NCBI GenBank assembly: GCA_964016885.1
Contig: OZ024742.1
Coordinates: forward strand, 295,430,001-295,494,000
From: Eledone cirrhosa
Taxonomy: Eukaryota
Direction: 5' to 3'
DNA: 64,000 nucleotides
Part shown: positions 38,790-52,971 of the stretch, piece by piece
How positions within the stretch are numbered: position 1 is the stretch's first letter
How the letters are laid out: every line of letters starts with the position of its first letter
Made by a program: the position numbers and the translations under genes
The notes under the pieces: model-generated
The model's input: only the letters and a program-made list of their open reading frames with translations
The model's database searches: none
Told to the model about the DNA's origin: nothing

Positions 38790-39267
38790 AACTAAAGGAC
38801 AGTTATATGATGCCTGTGTGAGATGCACAATGCAGCATGGTAGTGAGACATGGGCAGCAACTGCAGAAGATATGCGACGGCTGGAGAGAAATGTAGCAAG
38901 TATGCTCCGTTGGATGTGCAATGTCAATGTGCGTGAATGACCAAGCATAGACGAGTTGAGAAAGAAACTGGGTATAAGAGGGATAAGTGTGGTGTGCAGG
39001 AGAGAAGGCTGAGATGGTATGGACATGTGATGCTCATGGAGGATGACCGCTGGGTAAAGAAGTGCCAAGAAATGCCAGTAGAAGGAAGACGCAGTAGAGG
39101 TAGACCACGAAAAACATGGGCGGAGGTGGTGAGAGCAGACCTCAGATCACTGAAACTCACCGAGGAGATGACGAAGGACCATGACAAGTGGAGAGATGCT
39201 GTGCTGAATAGGACCCGTCCAACCCTTGCAAGCAGGGAAAAGTGGACGTAAAATGATGATGATGATA
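38790..39267 (+). mobile_element. RTE 3' end (short-UTR subfamily, like 9750)
   Basis: HGSETWAATAEDMRRLERN..RRLRWYGHV..tail gcaagcagggaaaagtggacgtaaaatgatgat. Confidence 0.92.
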
Positions 39268-41096
39268 ATCATCATCATTTAGTTGACCAACTAGTATTTT
39301 CTCTCAAGAAGTTACAAAGTCAAAAATACTATAAAACCTTTTCATATCAAAGTAAAGAATTACAGTAAATATAAATATAGAATAATAAATATTGTCTGAT
39401 TAATGCCAACAACTAACCCATGCTAGCGTGGAAAATGGACGTTAAACGAAGATGATGATGATGATGAAAATAAGACGAAAATAAATGAAGAAAATATCAG
39501 TATTATCAAAGGAAGAGATTAAATTCTTCACTTAAAATTAAATTTTTATTTCTTATTTTATAAAAGATATGAAGCAATAATGATTCCTTACAAAATAGTT
39601 TTATATTTTAAACCAAAAGTCTTTTTACATGTCATAACAACAATGCTTTCTTTATTCTTTAGAAATTTGCCATCAAAATTTAGATGTATTTTCTGTAATT
39701 TTTCATTTAATTAAAAGTAAATTAGATGTGTTCTGTCGATAAAATCTCAATAGATTTTATCTTTAGGAAATGAAGTGTTCGGGAAAGCAAATTATAGTCT
39801 ATAGAGACAGTAGTTTGTGTATTTAAGAAAAACTAAAGTAACTGTAACTATAAAGTTACTGAAATTGAAAATGACGCGCTCATTCGATGACCAAACTTGA
39901 TGAAAGATAAATCAGGTTTTAGTTAAAGATAACGCACTCATAAATAGTACCTTTTAAATATTTTTGAACAGAAGAGATCAAAATTTAGATGAAAGTTTTC
40001 CGTCTTATCAAAGAATCTTTCTCAAATTACTTAATGATACAATTTATATTACAGTATTACAGTTATTTGTTCTTCTGTTAATATGTTGACGTGTTAACCC
40101 TTTAGCATTTACATTACTCTATATTCACTATTATATTTTCACAGTAAACCTTACACAATTATCTAGCATAATATTGAATCTATGAGATTTTTATATTATT
40201 TATTTTTTTATATATTTTATATATTTATTTATTTTGAAAACAATAACAACATAGGTATGAGTGGATGGTTACAGCTGGTTTGAACAGAAAGAGATGAGAG
40301 AATTCTGGCTGGATACGGCCGGTTTAAATGCTAAAGGATAAAACAAGTTTATGTAAAATAGATGAAATATTCAATTTACAAACATTTCAATGATTTGAAA
40401 AATTCTGTCTGTAAATGTAAATTTTGAACACCATGCACACCAAGTACAACTGCTGTACAATATGTAATGTTAGCTTCTGAGTGTCATTCTACCACAATAT
40501 GTAATGTTTGCTACTCTGTCATTCTACCACAATATATAATGTTAGCTACCACAATATATAATGTTAGCTACTGAGTGTCATTCTACCACAATATTATTTT
40601 GCATATTTACAAGCTTCCACATGGTTTCACCAACCAAATCAACCTACAAAGCAATCATCACTTCCTGGTTATAGTAGAAGGAACTTGCCCAAGGTGGCAC
40701 ACAGTGAGATCAAACCTGAAGCCTAGTTATAAATTTACTTTATTCAATGGGACAAATATATATATGTAAAATGAAAACACTATTATCAACTTAACCCTGT
40801 TCCTGCAAACTGTCAATCTCTTTATTGCAACGTTTCAGCTAGGTCAAATGCTGAGCTAAAGAGTCATCTCAGGGCTCCTATTGGTCTTTAAAATTTGGAA
40901 AACTTGACATGCAGTATCTGTAACTGTCCCTGTAAAAATCCTAGAGGCCTGAAATTACACATATGTGCTCATCGTATGGAATAATGTTGGGACATTTTCT
41001 TTGCTGAAATCTACTAACTCGTTCTTGTCTGGGAACTGCTTTTGCTTTATCTTCTGTTAAACATTCACATGTCATTTTCAACGGGGAACTCCATCA

Positions 41097-41670
41097 TCTA
41101 TATATATAAAACTGAGGATGTCTGTCTGTGTGTGTGTGTGTCTGTGAGTTTGAATCCCTAAAACTCGAGAAGTACCCAACTGATTCTTTTCAAACTTTAC
41201 ATGTGTATTACTTATGTTTCAGGGAGTGAAAAAAAAAATCAACTTTTTGATCTCCTAGGGTGAAAAACTGCATTTTTTCAGCTTTTTAGGTTTTTTTTTT
41301 AGGCGTTACGTCAGACCGATTTCCTTGAAATTGTAACTATGTATTAGTCAGTCTCTTCTTCATATCGTGAGCAAAGAAAATCCAACTTTTTTATGGCATA
41401 GGGCCCGCATTAGGTGAAAACTTAATTTTTTCAGCTTTTTAGGGCTTTTTTGAGGCGTTACGTGAAGTTGATATTCCCAAAATTTCAAGGCATATTATGC
41501 ACATAAAAAAAATTCATTTTCTTGATCCTCTAGGGCCTGCATCAGGAGAAAACCTCCATTTTTCCTGCTTCACCGAGGAAAATCTTAAAGATTATCCAGC
41601 CATCAGAGTATTTGGTTTATTTTCTTTACATATTGTCCAGGCATGCAGTTTTTCCATGATTAGGTCTAGG
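41097..41670 (+). mobile_element. Non-autonomous Helitron, 5' end and body
   Basis: A|TCTATATATATAAAA..tgtctgtctgtgtg start, homologous to the 14448 copy. 3' end not clear. Confidence 0.7.
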
Positions 41671-42344
41671 TTATGGAAGGGGAGATGAAGGTAAAGGTGG
41701 TGCATACCAGATGTATGCTTCAACTTGTGCTCATGGGAGGGGGTATAGATGTGAATTCTATATGTATGTTTCAGTCTGTGCTCTCTCTATTACTGCATAA
41801 CCACTGTTTAGGCAGCTAGGGACGTTTGTTTATGTTCTGCAGTTCAGTGGCTAAATATACAAAGATCAGTACCTTAGTTAAAAAAAGTTTAACATCAGGA
41901 CAAAAAAAAAAAAAAAAAAAAATCCAATCTAACATATGCTAGCATAAACAAATAGATGTAAAACTGATGATGATAATGATGATGATATATTAAAGGGAAC
42001 TTTTAAGTTTGTGACGATAAAGTTTCTATATTTCATAATAAAATTCCATCACAACCACAGACACAAATACAGAATAGTTATTTGCACCATTTTACACTCA
42101 AAGATTTGGTCATATTATTTACTTGCACTGTATATTCCTGGCAATAACATCTGTTAATTCCCTCCAGGATGTTCTTTAACTGTTAGGCTATATTTTTTTC
42201 TCTACAAGAATATGAAATATTCAAAGTTGGAGGTGTCAAACATTTCGTCTAACCAATAAATATATTTGAAAATTTCAATTAATACTAGCTTCCTTCAAGA
42301 AAGAGCTAAGAGGCTATCAATACTAAGATTTATTGAATTTTTAA

Positions 42345-42870
42345 ATTAAGTGGTAGTGCTAGAGTCATAATAAAATGCACCCACTACACTCTGTAAAGTG
42401 GTAGTGCTAGGGACCTGATAAAATGGACTCACTACACTCTGTAAAGTGGTAGTGCTAGGGGCCTTATAAAATGTTAGTACCACAATAAAATAAACTCAGT
42501 ACAAACTTTAAAGTGTTATACAAACTTTAAAGTGTTAGTGCTTGTTACACAATAAAATATACCCACTACATTCTGTAAAGTGTTACTGCTACAATAAAAT
42601 ATACTCAGTACACTCAATAAAGTGTTAGTGTCAGTGCTGTAGTAAAATGCACCTAGTACGCTCTATAATCTGTTAGTGCTAATGCCATTCTAAAATGTAC
42701 CTAATACACTCTATAAAGTGGCAGTACTAGTTCCACAATAACATGCACCCAGTTCATGCTGTAAAGTGGTAGTACTGATGCCATGGTAAAATTCACTCAG
42801 CACATTTTTAAATGTGGTAGTGTTGTTGCCATGATAAAAGGCACCTAATACACTCTGTAAAGTAATTAGT
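42345..42870. repeat. Degenerate ~38-bp minisatellite (UTR unit gcacccag.acactgtaaagtggt)
   Basis: About a dozen decayed units. Related arrays at 49370-49545 and 56150-56345. Confidence 0.8.
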
Positions 42871-45800
42871 GTAGAAATCATGCAAAATGATGACATGTAT
42901 GAGCAAGATGGTATCCTACTGACCTGTCAAGCCTTGGACAATGACAACCTGGCTAACACATGTCAACAGAAAACAAACGTAAGATGATGATGATGAAGGA
43001 GAACATAAACTATTGTTTCTAATTTAGGCACAAGGCCATGGAAGCTGCGTAAAGATTAAACAACAAAAACGTCAAACTGTTTTACAGCTTCCCTTGTTTC
43101 CTTTTTCGTTTCCCTATGCATAATCTGCCTCCCATTGGCCTTCAATATTTGAAATTTTTAAAAAATTTTATTTTTTTCCCTTTATTTAAAATTATTTTTC
43201 TAGTTTATTACTTGTCTCACTAGCTCTTTCTGATTACCAACTGTAAGGAGTACTCATTACTCCCCCTAGTTTGCCATGGCTTACTAGCTTTAGACAGACG
43301 TTTAAATTGAATAAATAAATATTATAGATAAATAGGGAGAGGGGAAAGTCAATTAAAACAGACCCAGTATTTAAAGAAAGTTAAGGAAAGAACCTGATTG
43401 TCAGATTGGACCAATGAAATTATGTTCCTGTAGCTTTTTCAATTGCTGAAATTATCTGCCAGTTGTAACTCCTGATTGATGGGATTTGAACTCAGAATAC
43501 ATACACAGGACTTGAACAGATACCACAATGGTTTCTTAGTAAAATGACTCTTTAACAATTCTGTAAATTCTTGGACTGGTACTTTATCTATTATTTTGTT
43601 CGATATGAAAATTCCGCCAATCCAACAAAATAAATCAATTTAAGTTAGATTGATAGCTTTGAAAATTTAGCTATTTGATTCAAATGATTTCTGTAGAACA
43701 ATTAACGAATGATATTAATAAATGAATTATATGACTATTATCATTTAAAATGATTGTATTTAAATGAGCAAAGCTAAGATATAATACAAAAAGAATAACA
43801 AAGCTAATGAAGTTCTATTTTAATCATTGATGTAACTTAGTGTGATGTAAATCTAATTAATGAAATTTAATAATTGTTGTTATCTAAATATTATCATCAT
43901 CATCATTTTATGTTTGCTTTCCATGCTGGCATGGTTTGGGCAGGTTATCATGGTCCAAAACTAAACAGGTTGGAGTGACTTCCTCTCACTCATATGTTCC
44001 ATGTTTGGCTTGAATTTTACAGCTGGATGTCAGTTCTAACATGAACAACATTACAAAATGTACTGGGTGTGTTTTTTTCCACTATCACTTTATAGAGTGG
44101 ACTGGGTGCATTTTAGATAGGCTCCAGCACTTGAGGAATTGTTACATGCTTGTCCAAACTGAAGAGTCTTCTCAGGCTCTATATTATCTTTGTTCAATCA
44201 CCAAACACTATAACTTTTAGCCTCTCATGTTTAGTATTGCAGTATTTTTACTGGTCTTTTGTATAATACCAAACAACTCATTCACCAGTACAAGCACTTT
44301 GGTACTAAATGTAAACGTGGTGAGACTGAAGGCTACAGTGTTTGGTGATTGAATAGAGACTGTGTATATTCTCAGGGGACTCCTCAGTCTATTTTAACAT
44401 ATCTAATGTTGATACAGTTAATGATATATAACACAAGCATCTTATAACCATTTTCCCTTGCAGGCTCCATGACATGGGGATCATTTTTGAAGCAAAGTTT
44501 TATAGCCAAATGTGCCTATTCTAAGCCAGTAACATTGATTGATACAATGAGAAAATAAATAAATCCTCACAAACCTCTCACACATCCTAAATGCTACAAC
44601 AAAGATGGAGAATGTATACCTGAACAGAATAAGATTACTATTACTATTAATTCTAGAAAATTGGGTAGGCTAATTTGCATATATAAGGATAGGAGCAGAT
44701 TTGATCAAGGACACACTGTTTCTATTCATCTTTTTATTACTGACACTACCTGCTGGTCACAACTCCTGGCACAATCTGAACTCAGAATGCACAGTTCAAT
44801 TCTTTAATAATTCCGTCTAGTCTGGTACTTTATTTATTAATCTCAAAAGGATGAAAAGCAAGGTTAATGTCAGCAGAATTTGAACCCAAACTGTAGTGAA
44901 TCAGAACAAACACAGAGGCACCTAATTTGATGCCCCAAAGACTGTCAATTTGCATATATAATTCATTCTTTTCCTGTCTACAGTGTTTGTTGAAATCTAT
45001 AGATATACAGTTTAACATTAACAGATGTAATATGACTCAATCATTTCTTTATATTTTCTAAATATATGAATTAGATTTAGAATTATAATTTTATAACTAT
45101 TTTCCCATCATTAACATGGGTTGGATGAAGTTTATTTTGGTTTCATAGTCGTGAAGTGATTGAGAATTCAAGGCTTCCCTTTTGGACAGGATGTTTGTCT
45201 GATGCAGTGCTCCTTGACATGGAGTACTTTTAAAGCAATGTTTTGCAGATGTCCTTTCTGATGCCAACCCTATTAATCACCTCTTACAATATGCACGGAT
45301 ACATTGTACTTATTCTAAACCAGATATCATACATGCAACATTAACTTAGAACTAATTATAAAATCATTTTCCTTAATTTAGATACTGCGTAGTTAATTCT
45401 TGTCAGTATAAATAAATATAAAAAAGTATCTTTAAATTTTCAATTAAAAAACAAAATACTATTCATAATTGGTAACATAATTCTTTTCACAGAAAAAATC
45501 TTTTAAAGTTTTGTGTGCATTTTTACTTTATTAATCAAACAATTATCAGATATAAAATTATTCCAAAATATATGAGTTAGATGCATGAACTAACAGAAAG
45601 ATTAAAGAAAAGAGACTTCAATTTAGCAGTAATCTTTGGAATTATAAAATGAATGTTTCCATAAAAAAGACAAAAGAAAGGAACCATAATTGTTTTTTTT
45701 TAATGGCAAATCTTTAACAGTAATTTTTGAGAGCAAAATGTCAAATGAACAATCCTAAAAAAATTAAATAAATAAATAAAATAGAAATAAAGAAAAGTAT

Positions 45801-46604
45801 GTAATTAATGTAGAAATAATTGCTAATGACCTCTGAATGATTAGAAGTTGTGTGAATAGCTTCATTTCACTGCAGACTATATTATTACACGAGCTTATAC
45901 TTGTAAATGCTACAAGGCAAAATAAATGAGTTTTGTCAGAAAGTTTTTCTTGTCTCTTGTCAAAGCTCTTATTAAAAAACAATTTTAGTTCATAAAATAT
46001 GAAAAATCATAAAAATCTGTTCTAAACACCCACTTCTGGAATAGTCTTTTAAAGTCTTTTAGAAAGAATGGCTGAATTTTATGAGAAGAGCAACCTGTAC
46101 ATAAAAGATTTGCTTTTACAAGTTTATTCCCAACAACATGCTTGACATGAAAACAAATACATGAAATATATAGAAACAAAGGATACTTTATCCTCTTCCT
46201 TTCTTGCTTCCCAAGGTTAATTGCACAGCAGTGACACCCTTGACAAGTGTTTGTTATAGAACTTTTGTGGGAAAATGCAAAGATAGTTTCCTGATGCATT
46301 TCTTCAGGTATTTAGCAAGATACAAACAAATTCAGCACACCTGTCTGTGCATGCCTTAAAGTATTTGATCTAAATGCTCTAACAATTCTGTGGTACTAAA
46401 ACTGTCAAAAAAAAAACAAGTCATTGTGTAGTATAGCACAAACCAGCATTAGGAAAGTCATCCAGCTGTAGAAACTATGCTAAAATGGAACATATGAATG
46501 AGATGTGGTCATCCAACCTGTTTAGTCTCAAAACATGACAAGCCATCCAAACTGTTAGCATAGAAAAACGTTGTAAATAATGGTTATATATATATATATA
46601 TATA

Positions 46605-46683
46605 CAGGATGTCCCCCCAAAATGTATACACACTTCAACAACATTCTAATCAAAGTGTGTATACATTGTTTTGGGACACCCTG
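46605..46683. mobile_element. ~80-bp Tc1/mariner MITE
   Basis: TA|cagg.tgtccc..aatgtatacacactt / aagtgtgtatacatt..gggacaccctg. Confidence 0.8.
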
Positions 46684-46926
46684 CATATATACAGACATGG
46701 AAAATAAATGATGGGGATGATAATGGGGATTAAGGTTGGGTTATAAATTTATAGGTATATAAATACCAACAACTGATATGATTACTCAATATTTGTGGTA
46801 GAGTTATATTTATTGGTTGAGAGGTACACGAGTTTCATAAATACTGGCTAGTCATCTATTTTGGATGAATAGCCAGCATTGATAAAATTTGAATACCACT
46901 CAACTGATATATATATATATATATAT

Positions 46927-46971
46927 TGCTTAAACTTTTAATCTGTACTAATAATAAATATTTGTTGTACA

Positions 46972-47003
<32 letters not shown>

Positions 47004-47196
47004 CAACCCTAATTTAGTTCTCTTTGGCTTTTGGTCTTTATATTTATTATTACTATTTGGCTCTTTTGGTAGAGCACTCTTTAAACCTAACCACTATTCA
47101 GAAACTACACCTTAATCTACAGACCTATTTTTCTCAGTTCCAGATGATCCCGTTTAGGGTAAAAGCAGAAGTTTTTGCTTAAACCTTTAATCTGTA

Positions 47197-47200
<4 letters not shown>
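46927..47200 (+). mobile_element. 249-bp PLE pLTR-like monomer with CAG-core hammerhead remnant (47137-47184)
   Basis: Terminal direct repeat tgcttaaac..ttaatctgtactaat. Homologous to 22126-22290. Confidence 0.7.
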
Positions 47201-47280
<80 letters not shown>

Positions 47281-47711
47281 CAATCTGACTATGATCCCTT
47301 ATAAAAGTATTTTTTTCCTGCTGTCATGGCATAAAATATGGCATGACATACACATATGATGCTGATGATACACTCACACCCATTCATAGTAAACAACAGA
47401 TGAATAAATATTTTGAAGTTATAGCAAGACCATTTTTTCATGTAAAGTAAATTAATAAGAGTATTAAAAAACACTGAAAATATATCAAATGAAGAACCAA
47501 CAATAGGTATAGGTAAAACGAAGAGATACTTGGAAATAAAGTGGTGAAGCTACATATGGAGATAGAATATATTTAAAATGCTACTCAGTCTCTGTTATAT
47601 AGTAGACATTTTATTTCAAAGTTACACCACTTGATTTTAGATGTACACATATATCATACACATACATACATGCATATATATACATACACACATACGTATA
47701 TATGTATGTGT

Positions 47712-47745
<34 letters not shown>

Positions 47746-47764
47746 ATATATACATATATATATC

Positions 47765-48110
47765 ATCATTCATCATCATTTCATTTTACGTCAACTTTTT
47801 CCCTGCTTGCAAGGGTGGGACGGGAACTGATGCTGGCTTGATTTCTACAGCTGGATGCCCTTCCTAACACCAACCTCATTTACAGTGAGTGCTGGGTGCT
47901 TTTTTTGCCATGGCACCTCCACGACCACTTTGCAATGGAATGATATGGACCTCAGTCCCTATCATCTCCTTTATACAGCTGAGTAAACTGGAACAATATG
48001 AAATAAAGTGTCTTGCTCAAGGAAACAACACATCACCCGGTCAGAGAATTGAACTCACAACCTTTCGATTGCAAGGCCAATGCTCTAACCACTAAGCCAT
48101 GTGCCTCCAT
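47765..48110 (-). mobile_element. SINE family 1, full length (inverted tail fragment at 48253-48316)
   Basis: Same structure as the 56524 copy. Confidence 0.9.
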
Positions 48111-48111
48111 G

Positions 48112-48157
<46 letters not shown>

Positions 48158-48604
48158 CATATATACATATACCCACATACATACGTAAATATACATATAT
48201 ATATGTACATACATCATACACACACACACGCACATATATATATATATATAAATCCCATCCCACCCTTGCAAGCAGGGAAAAAGCGGACGTAAAATGAAAT
48301 GATGAAATGATGATGATATATATATATTACTATTGCTATGAAGCTATTCCAGTGACTCAAGGGCCATGAATTTCATGCTTAATGAACTTTTTAAAAACCA
48401 GCTATAATATAAATCATTCTATCCATGTATTAAGTTTTATTTCTCTTGTTTGAGCAACAAAATCTCTAAAGCTGATCTAAAAAAACTGAACCTCACAGAG
48501 GAAATGATGAAGGAATATGAATGGTAGTAGTTTGTGCTGGACCAGGCCCATCTAACCCATACAAGCATGGAAATGTGGATGTAAAATGATGATGATGATA
48601 TGCT

Positions 48605-48636
<32 letters not shown>

Positions 48637-48720
48637 CAGGGTGTCCCCCCCCAAAAAAAATGTATACACACTTCAACAACATTCTAATCAAAGGGTGTAT
48701 ACATTTTTTTGAACACCCTG
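48637..48720. mobile_element. ~84-bp Tc1/mariner MITE, second copy
   Basis: TA|cagggtgt...acaccctg|TA with the same spacer caacaacattctaatca. Confidence 0.85.
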
Positions 48721-49724
48721 TACATATATGCATACACACACATTCATATATATGCATATATACATACATATATATACATACACACATACATACATATATA
48801 TGCATATATACATACACACATACATATATATGCATATATACATACACACATACATACATATATATATATATACATATATACATACATGCAGATACATATA
48901 TATACATACACACATACATATATATATACATATATGCATGCATACACATTTATATATAAACAATAATCTCAAGGGACCTTTTGCCAAGAAAAGAAGAGGA
49001 AATGGTTATATAATTTGACATATCTTAATGTTGGAATATTCTCCATTTTTTGTTATATTATTTATGCTATGAAATAGAAGAAATAGTTTAATAATTCAAA
49101 AGTCTAATTCCAATATCACAAAAATCTGCCTTCAGGAAGAATATGAAAGATTAATACACAGCTAAATCAATATCTATAGTTTTCAACAAACTGAGACGAT
49201 GAGACTGTTGACAAAACACTATTTTCTGATGATGTCTGAAGTGAGACTAGTTCTCCATGTATTCTGCGATATTTTAGATACAGAAATCAACAGTTTTAGT
49301 TATAAAAATCTGTTTGTTACCATGTCTTATCAACTATAACGATATGCAATGTGAATTTGTATAGGTGTCATGACAAAAGTGCCCAGTCCACACTGTAAAG
49401 TGGTCTTGTAGGTCTCACAACAAAAAGCACCCAGCCCACACTGTAAAGTTGTCATGTTTGTGACATGACAAAAAGTGCCCAGCCCACACTGTAAAGTGAT
49501 TGTGTAGGTGTCACAACAAAAAGCACCCAGCGCACACTGTAAATGTGTAAATGGCATTATGAAGGGCAGCCAGCTGTAGAAACCAAGCAAAAATCAGTTC
49601 TGTATCAGCAAAACATGGTCCTCCGATCTGATATCTCTCAAAAGGACAGCCTGTCCTACCCATGTTAGCATGGAAAATGGACGTTAAAGAATGATGATGA
49701 TGATGATATATATATATATATATA

Positions 49725-50155
49725 TTAGTTTGATAGCTTCTGCTATCTAGGTGACGTAATTAGCAATGGAGAAGGGTGCTTTGAAAGCATAGTAGCTAGA
49801 ATAAGGATAGGATGGAAAAAGTTGAGAGAGCTACTCCCACTATTGACAACAAAACGTTTCTCCCTACGCACAAGGACAACTGTATGACACCTCTGTGCAA
49901 AGTGCGATGCTGCAAAGCAAGGAAACATGGGCTGTGACTGCAGAGGACATGCATAGACTGAAGAGAAATGAAACAACCATGCTCCTTTGGATGAGCAATG
50001 TAAATGTGAGAGAAAAGCAGAGCTTGGATAAGCTGAAGGAGGAGCTGGGTTTAAGAGGAATCTGAGGTGGTGTGCAGGAGAGACGATTGCATTGGTATGG
50101 ACATGTGATGCGTACAAACAATGATTGTTGGGTGAAGAAGTGCCAGGAATTGCCA
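49725..50155 (+). mobile_element. Degenerate RTE fragment
   Basis: DSFCYLGD..ARIRIGWKK.RELLPLL..RRLHWYGHV. Confidence 0.85.
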
Positions 50156-51054
50156 TCCTTGGATTATCAACATCATCATTAGCATCATCACAGTTTAACA
50201 TCTATTTGCCATACTTGCATAGGTTACACAGGTTATCCCATTATGAGACAAGTCAGGTCAGGTGATCATGTCTAGCTTATATGGAACTGTTTCTGACTTG
50301 ATTTCTATGGCTGAATGCCCTTCTTAACACCAATCCCATTACAACATGGGATGGGTGCTTTTTATTGTGGCACCAAAACAACCATTTGACAGGATAGACT
50401 GCATTCTTTTTCATTGTGGTGCCCACACAACCATCTACAAGGTAGACTAGGTGCTTTTTGTCATGTCACCAGCAAAATTTCAATTACAGGGTAGACTAGG
50501 TGCTTTTTTTTGTTGTGTCACCAGCATGACCACCTTACAGAGTAGATTGGTTCCCTTTTGTATATTCCATGTATATTATTTGATCATATCCATGTGCTGT
50601 GTAGGTGTTATATTTCTATATGCCTACATCTGCTGACAGTATGATTAAACTAAGAGCATGTATTTCTAAGGCAGCAAATTGCTAACAAAGAAAAACATTA
50701 GTTAACTTACTTAGCAATAAACACAAGCAGTTGATTGATAGTAAAGTGAACAAAATATGTTTTGATGCTTGGATTATTAAAAATATTTAAAGCTGATTAA
50801 ATATAGATTGAAAAAATGTAATGATGGAACTAGAATAAAGTAAAAATGACAAAACAAACCAAATCTTTCTCCATCTATATTTCATAATATTTCAAGGTTT
50901 GAACTTCTTTATTAAATGAAGAAAAAACTATGCATTTTGTTCTTACAAGTTATTTTTTGTTGTGTGAGTGATTGTTGGTGGAAATAGGTCACTGAATAGG
51001 TGACATATGCAAACCGGTCACAATAACCAGTTGACCTTATGTAGCTCAGATCAG

Positions 51055-51300
51055 TTGTTAATATTAGGTTTATATCTGTTGATAAGAAGGGCCTCCTTGA
51101 TTTGCAAATTACCAATCTTCCTCTCAATAGCTTCTATGGTGATCTTATCTTGAGTATGGCATTTTTGTAGGTGTTTTTTGATAGAGGAAGTATTCATGTT
51201 CATATTGTGTTGTTTGTCAATTTTACTTTACTCTACTCTAGCTTCACCTCTATATTTCCTATTCATATTGTACTAGTGTTTCTGATACATTTTTGATTAC
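51055..51300 (-). pseudogene. Old Penelope GIY-YIG C-terminal remnant
   Basis: SSIKKHLQKCH..ITIEAIE..LQIKEALLINRYKPNINN on minus. Confidence 0.65.
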
Positions 51301-51839
51301 ACATCCTACAATGATTAAAAAAATATGTATATAATATTATTTGGAGACTAACATTATATATTTTTTATAGGAGAGGAAATCTGTAGAGCCTTTAGAGAGA
51401 TGGTACTTATTCTGACTGATGATGATGATGATGACAACGATGATGATGTATTCACTCTAATTTTAAATTTTGTCAAGGTCTACTTTGACTTTCACCCTTT
51501 CAGGGTCAATAAATGAAGTTTCAGTCTAGGGTGATGGATTGGTGGAATTGTTAGTGTTGGATGAGATTTCTTGCAGTATTTGTTCTGGCTCTTTGCATTC
51601 TGAGTTCTAATTTGTAACTCTGTTTAACCTGAACTTGGCCAGCATAGAAGAGGCTTTAAGAAAAGACTCTTGCCTTAGGTGTCATACAATGAGATCAAAC
51701 ATGAAACCATGTGATTGTAAAGCACATTGTATATCTGGTAAACTTCTATATTTAGAAGAATGCAGTGGAATTCAGAAGAAATTTTTATAAAAGGAAGCTT
51801 CAGGAAGCTTCTTTTAAAGTCACTCAGTTTTAACATTCT

Positions 51840-52392
51840 TTATAAACACATACACTGATATACACGCACAGGCATATACATACAAACACACAGGGACATA
51901 CATACACATTTGTGAAAATACACACAGAGATAGCCATACTTTGACATACTTACACAAGCAAACACACAAACATGCACATAAACAGGCATACAGAGACACA
52001 TATTGAAAGATACAGATATATACACATGGACATATACAGACACTAACACACACACACATACATACATACACATACATACATACATGCACACAGGCATACA
52101 TTTACATAGGCATACATGCACACACAAACAGGCACATAATACATGCACACACACTGACATAATGCACACCCAACATTCAGATACAGACATACACAGCCAT
52201 ATACCCCAAAACAGACATACACACTCACACACAAACAGAGTCCTAGCTACACTGATAGTCACAAATATATACATACATACACATGCATACACACTGAACC
52301 AGACAGACATACACACACATAAACAGATACATATATGCTCTGACATTCACAGACATAAACATACAGACATACACACACAGACATACACACAA
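51840..52392. repeat. Decayed (CA)-rich simple repeat
   Basis: Directly visible. Confidence 0.9.
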
Positions 52393-52753
52393 AAAGACGT
52401 ACCCAAAACAAAATATTTAAAAAACCTGCAACAAATAAATCTAAGAATCGAAAGTAACCAATGAAAATAAATGAAAGACATTATCTAAAAATACTGCCAT
52501 TAACAAAACATTTCTCAATACATGAGAACATAAACAGATATTTAAAGCAAAACCAACACAATGTAATGGCTACATCTAAAATAATACAATTCACTAAAAA
52601 TATAATTATAAAATTAGCTACAGGTAATAGCCATAACTAGTCTGCCCACATCCCTCACTCCTTGTCAGTTTTACCTGACCAAATTGAATTGAAATAATTA
52701 TTCAGAACAAAAGGCTGAAATATTATTATACTTTATTCACTCTTAAAAAATAT

Positions 52754-52971
52754 TTAACCCTTTTGATACCAAACAACCTGAAACCAATTCTAGTTTTATG
52801 ATATAAAGCTGCTTGTTTTAAAGTATTTGTATTTATATTCAAACCTCCCATCATAATTTTATGTAAAATCCTTTGTTGATTATTTCATTACTATAATTAA
52901 TTTAAAACAGCAACAACTATACAACTTAAAACCAAAGGTAGTTTCAAGCAGTTTCATTTCAAAAGGGTTAA
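52754..52971 (+). mobile_element. piggyBac-like MITE family B
   Basis: TTAA-cccttttga ... tcaaaaggg-TTAA. Related decayed sequence at ~6790-7035, ~35810-36042 and ~53300-53740. Confidence 0.6.

Noticed and set aside
40825-40880. Minus-strand gaaacgtt with ctgagatga as a possible hammerhead
   Set aside because: Core spacing is wrong and helix II is poor. It lies in a TTAACCC-initiated repeat end.
42120-47480. Possible minus-strand host exons (42125-42180, acceptor near 46403, 47375-47473)
   Set aside because: Splice-like signals exist, but frames are short with no recognisable protein. Needs RNA-seq.
50985-51022. Hammerhead remnant ctgaata..aaaccggtc next to the old Penelope fragment
   Set aside because: Too degenerate, with no convincing helices.
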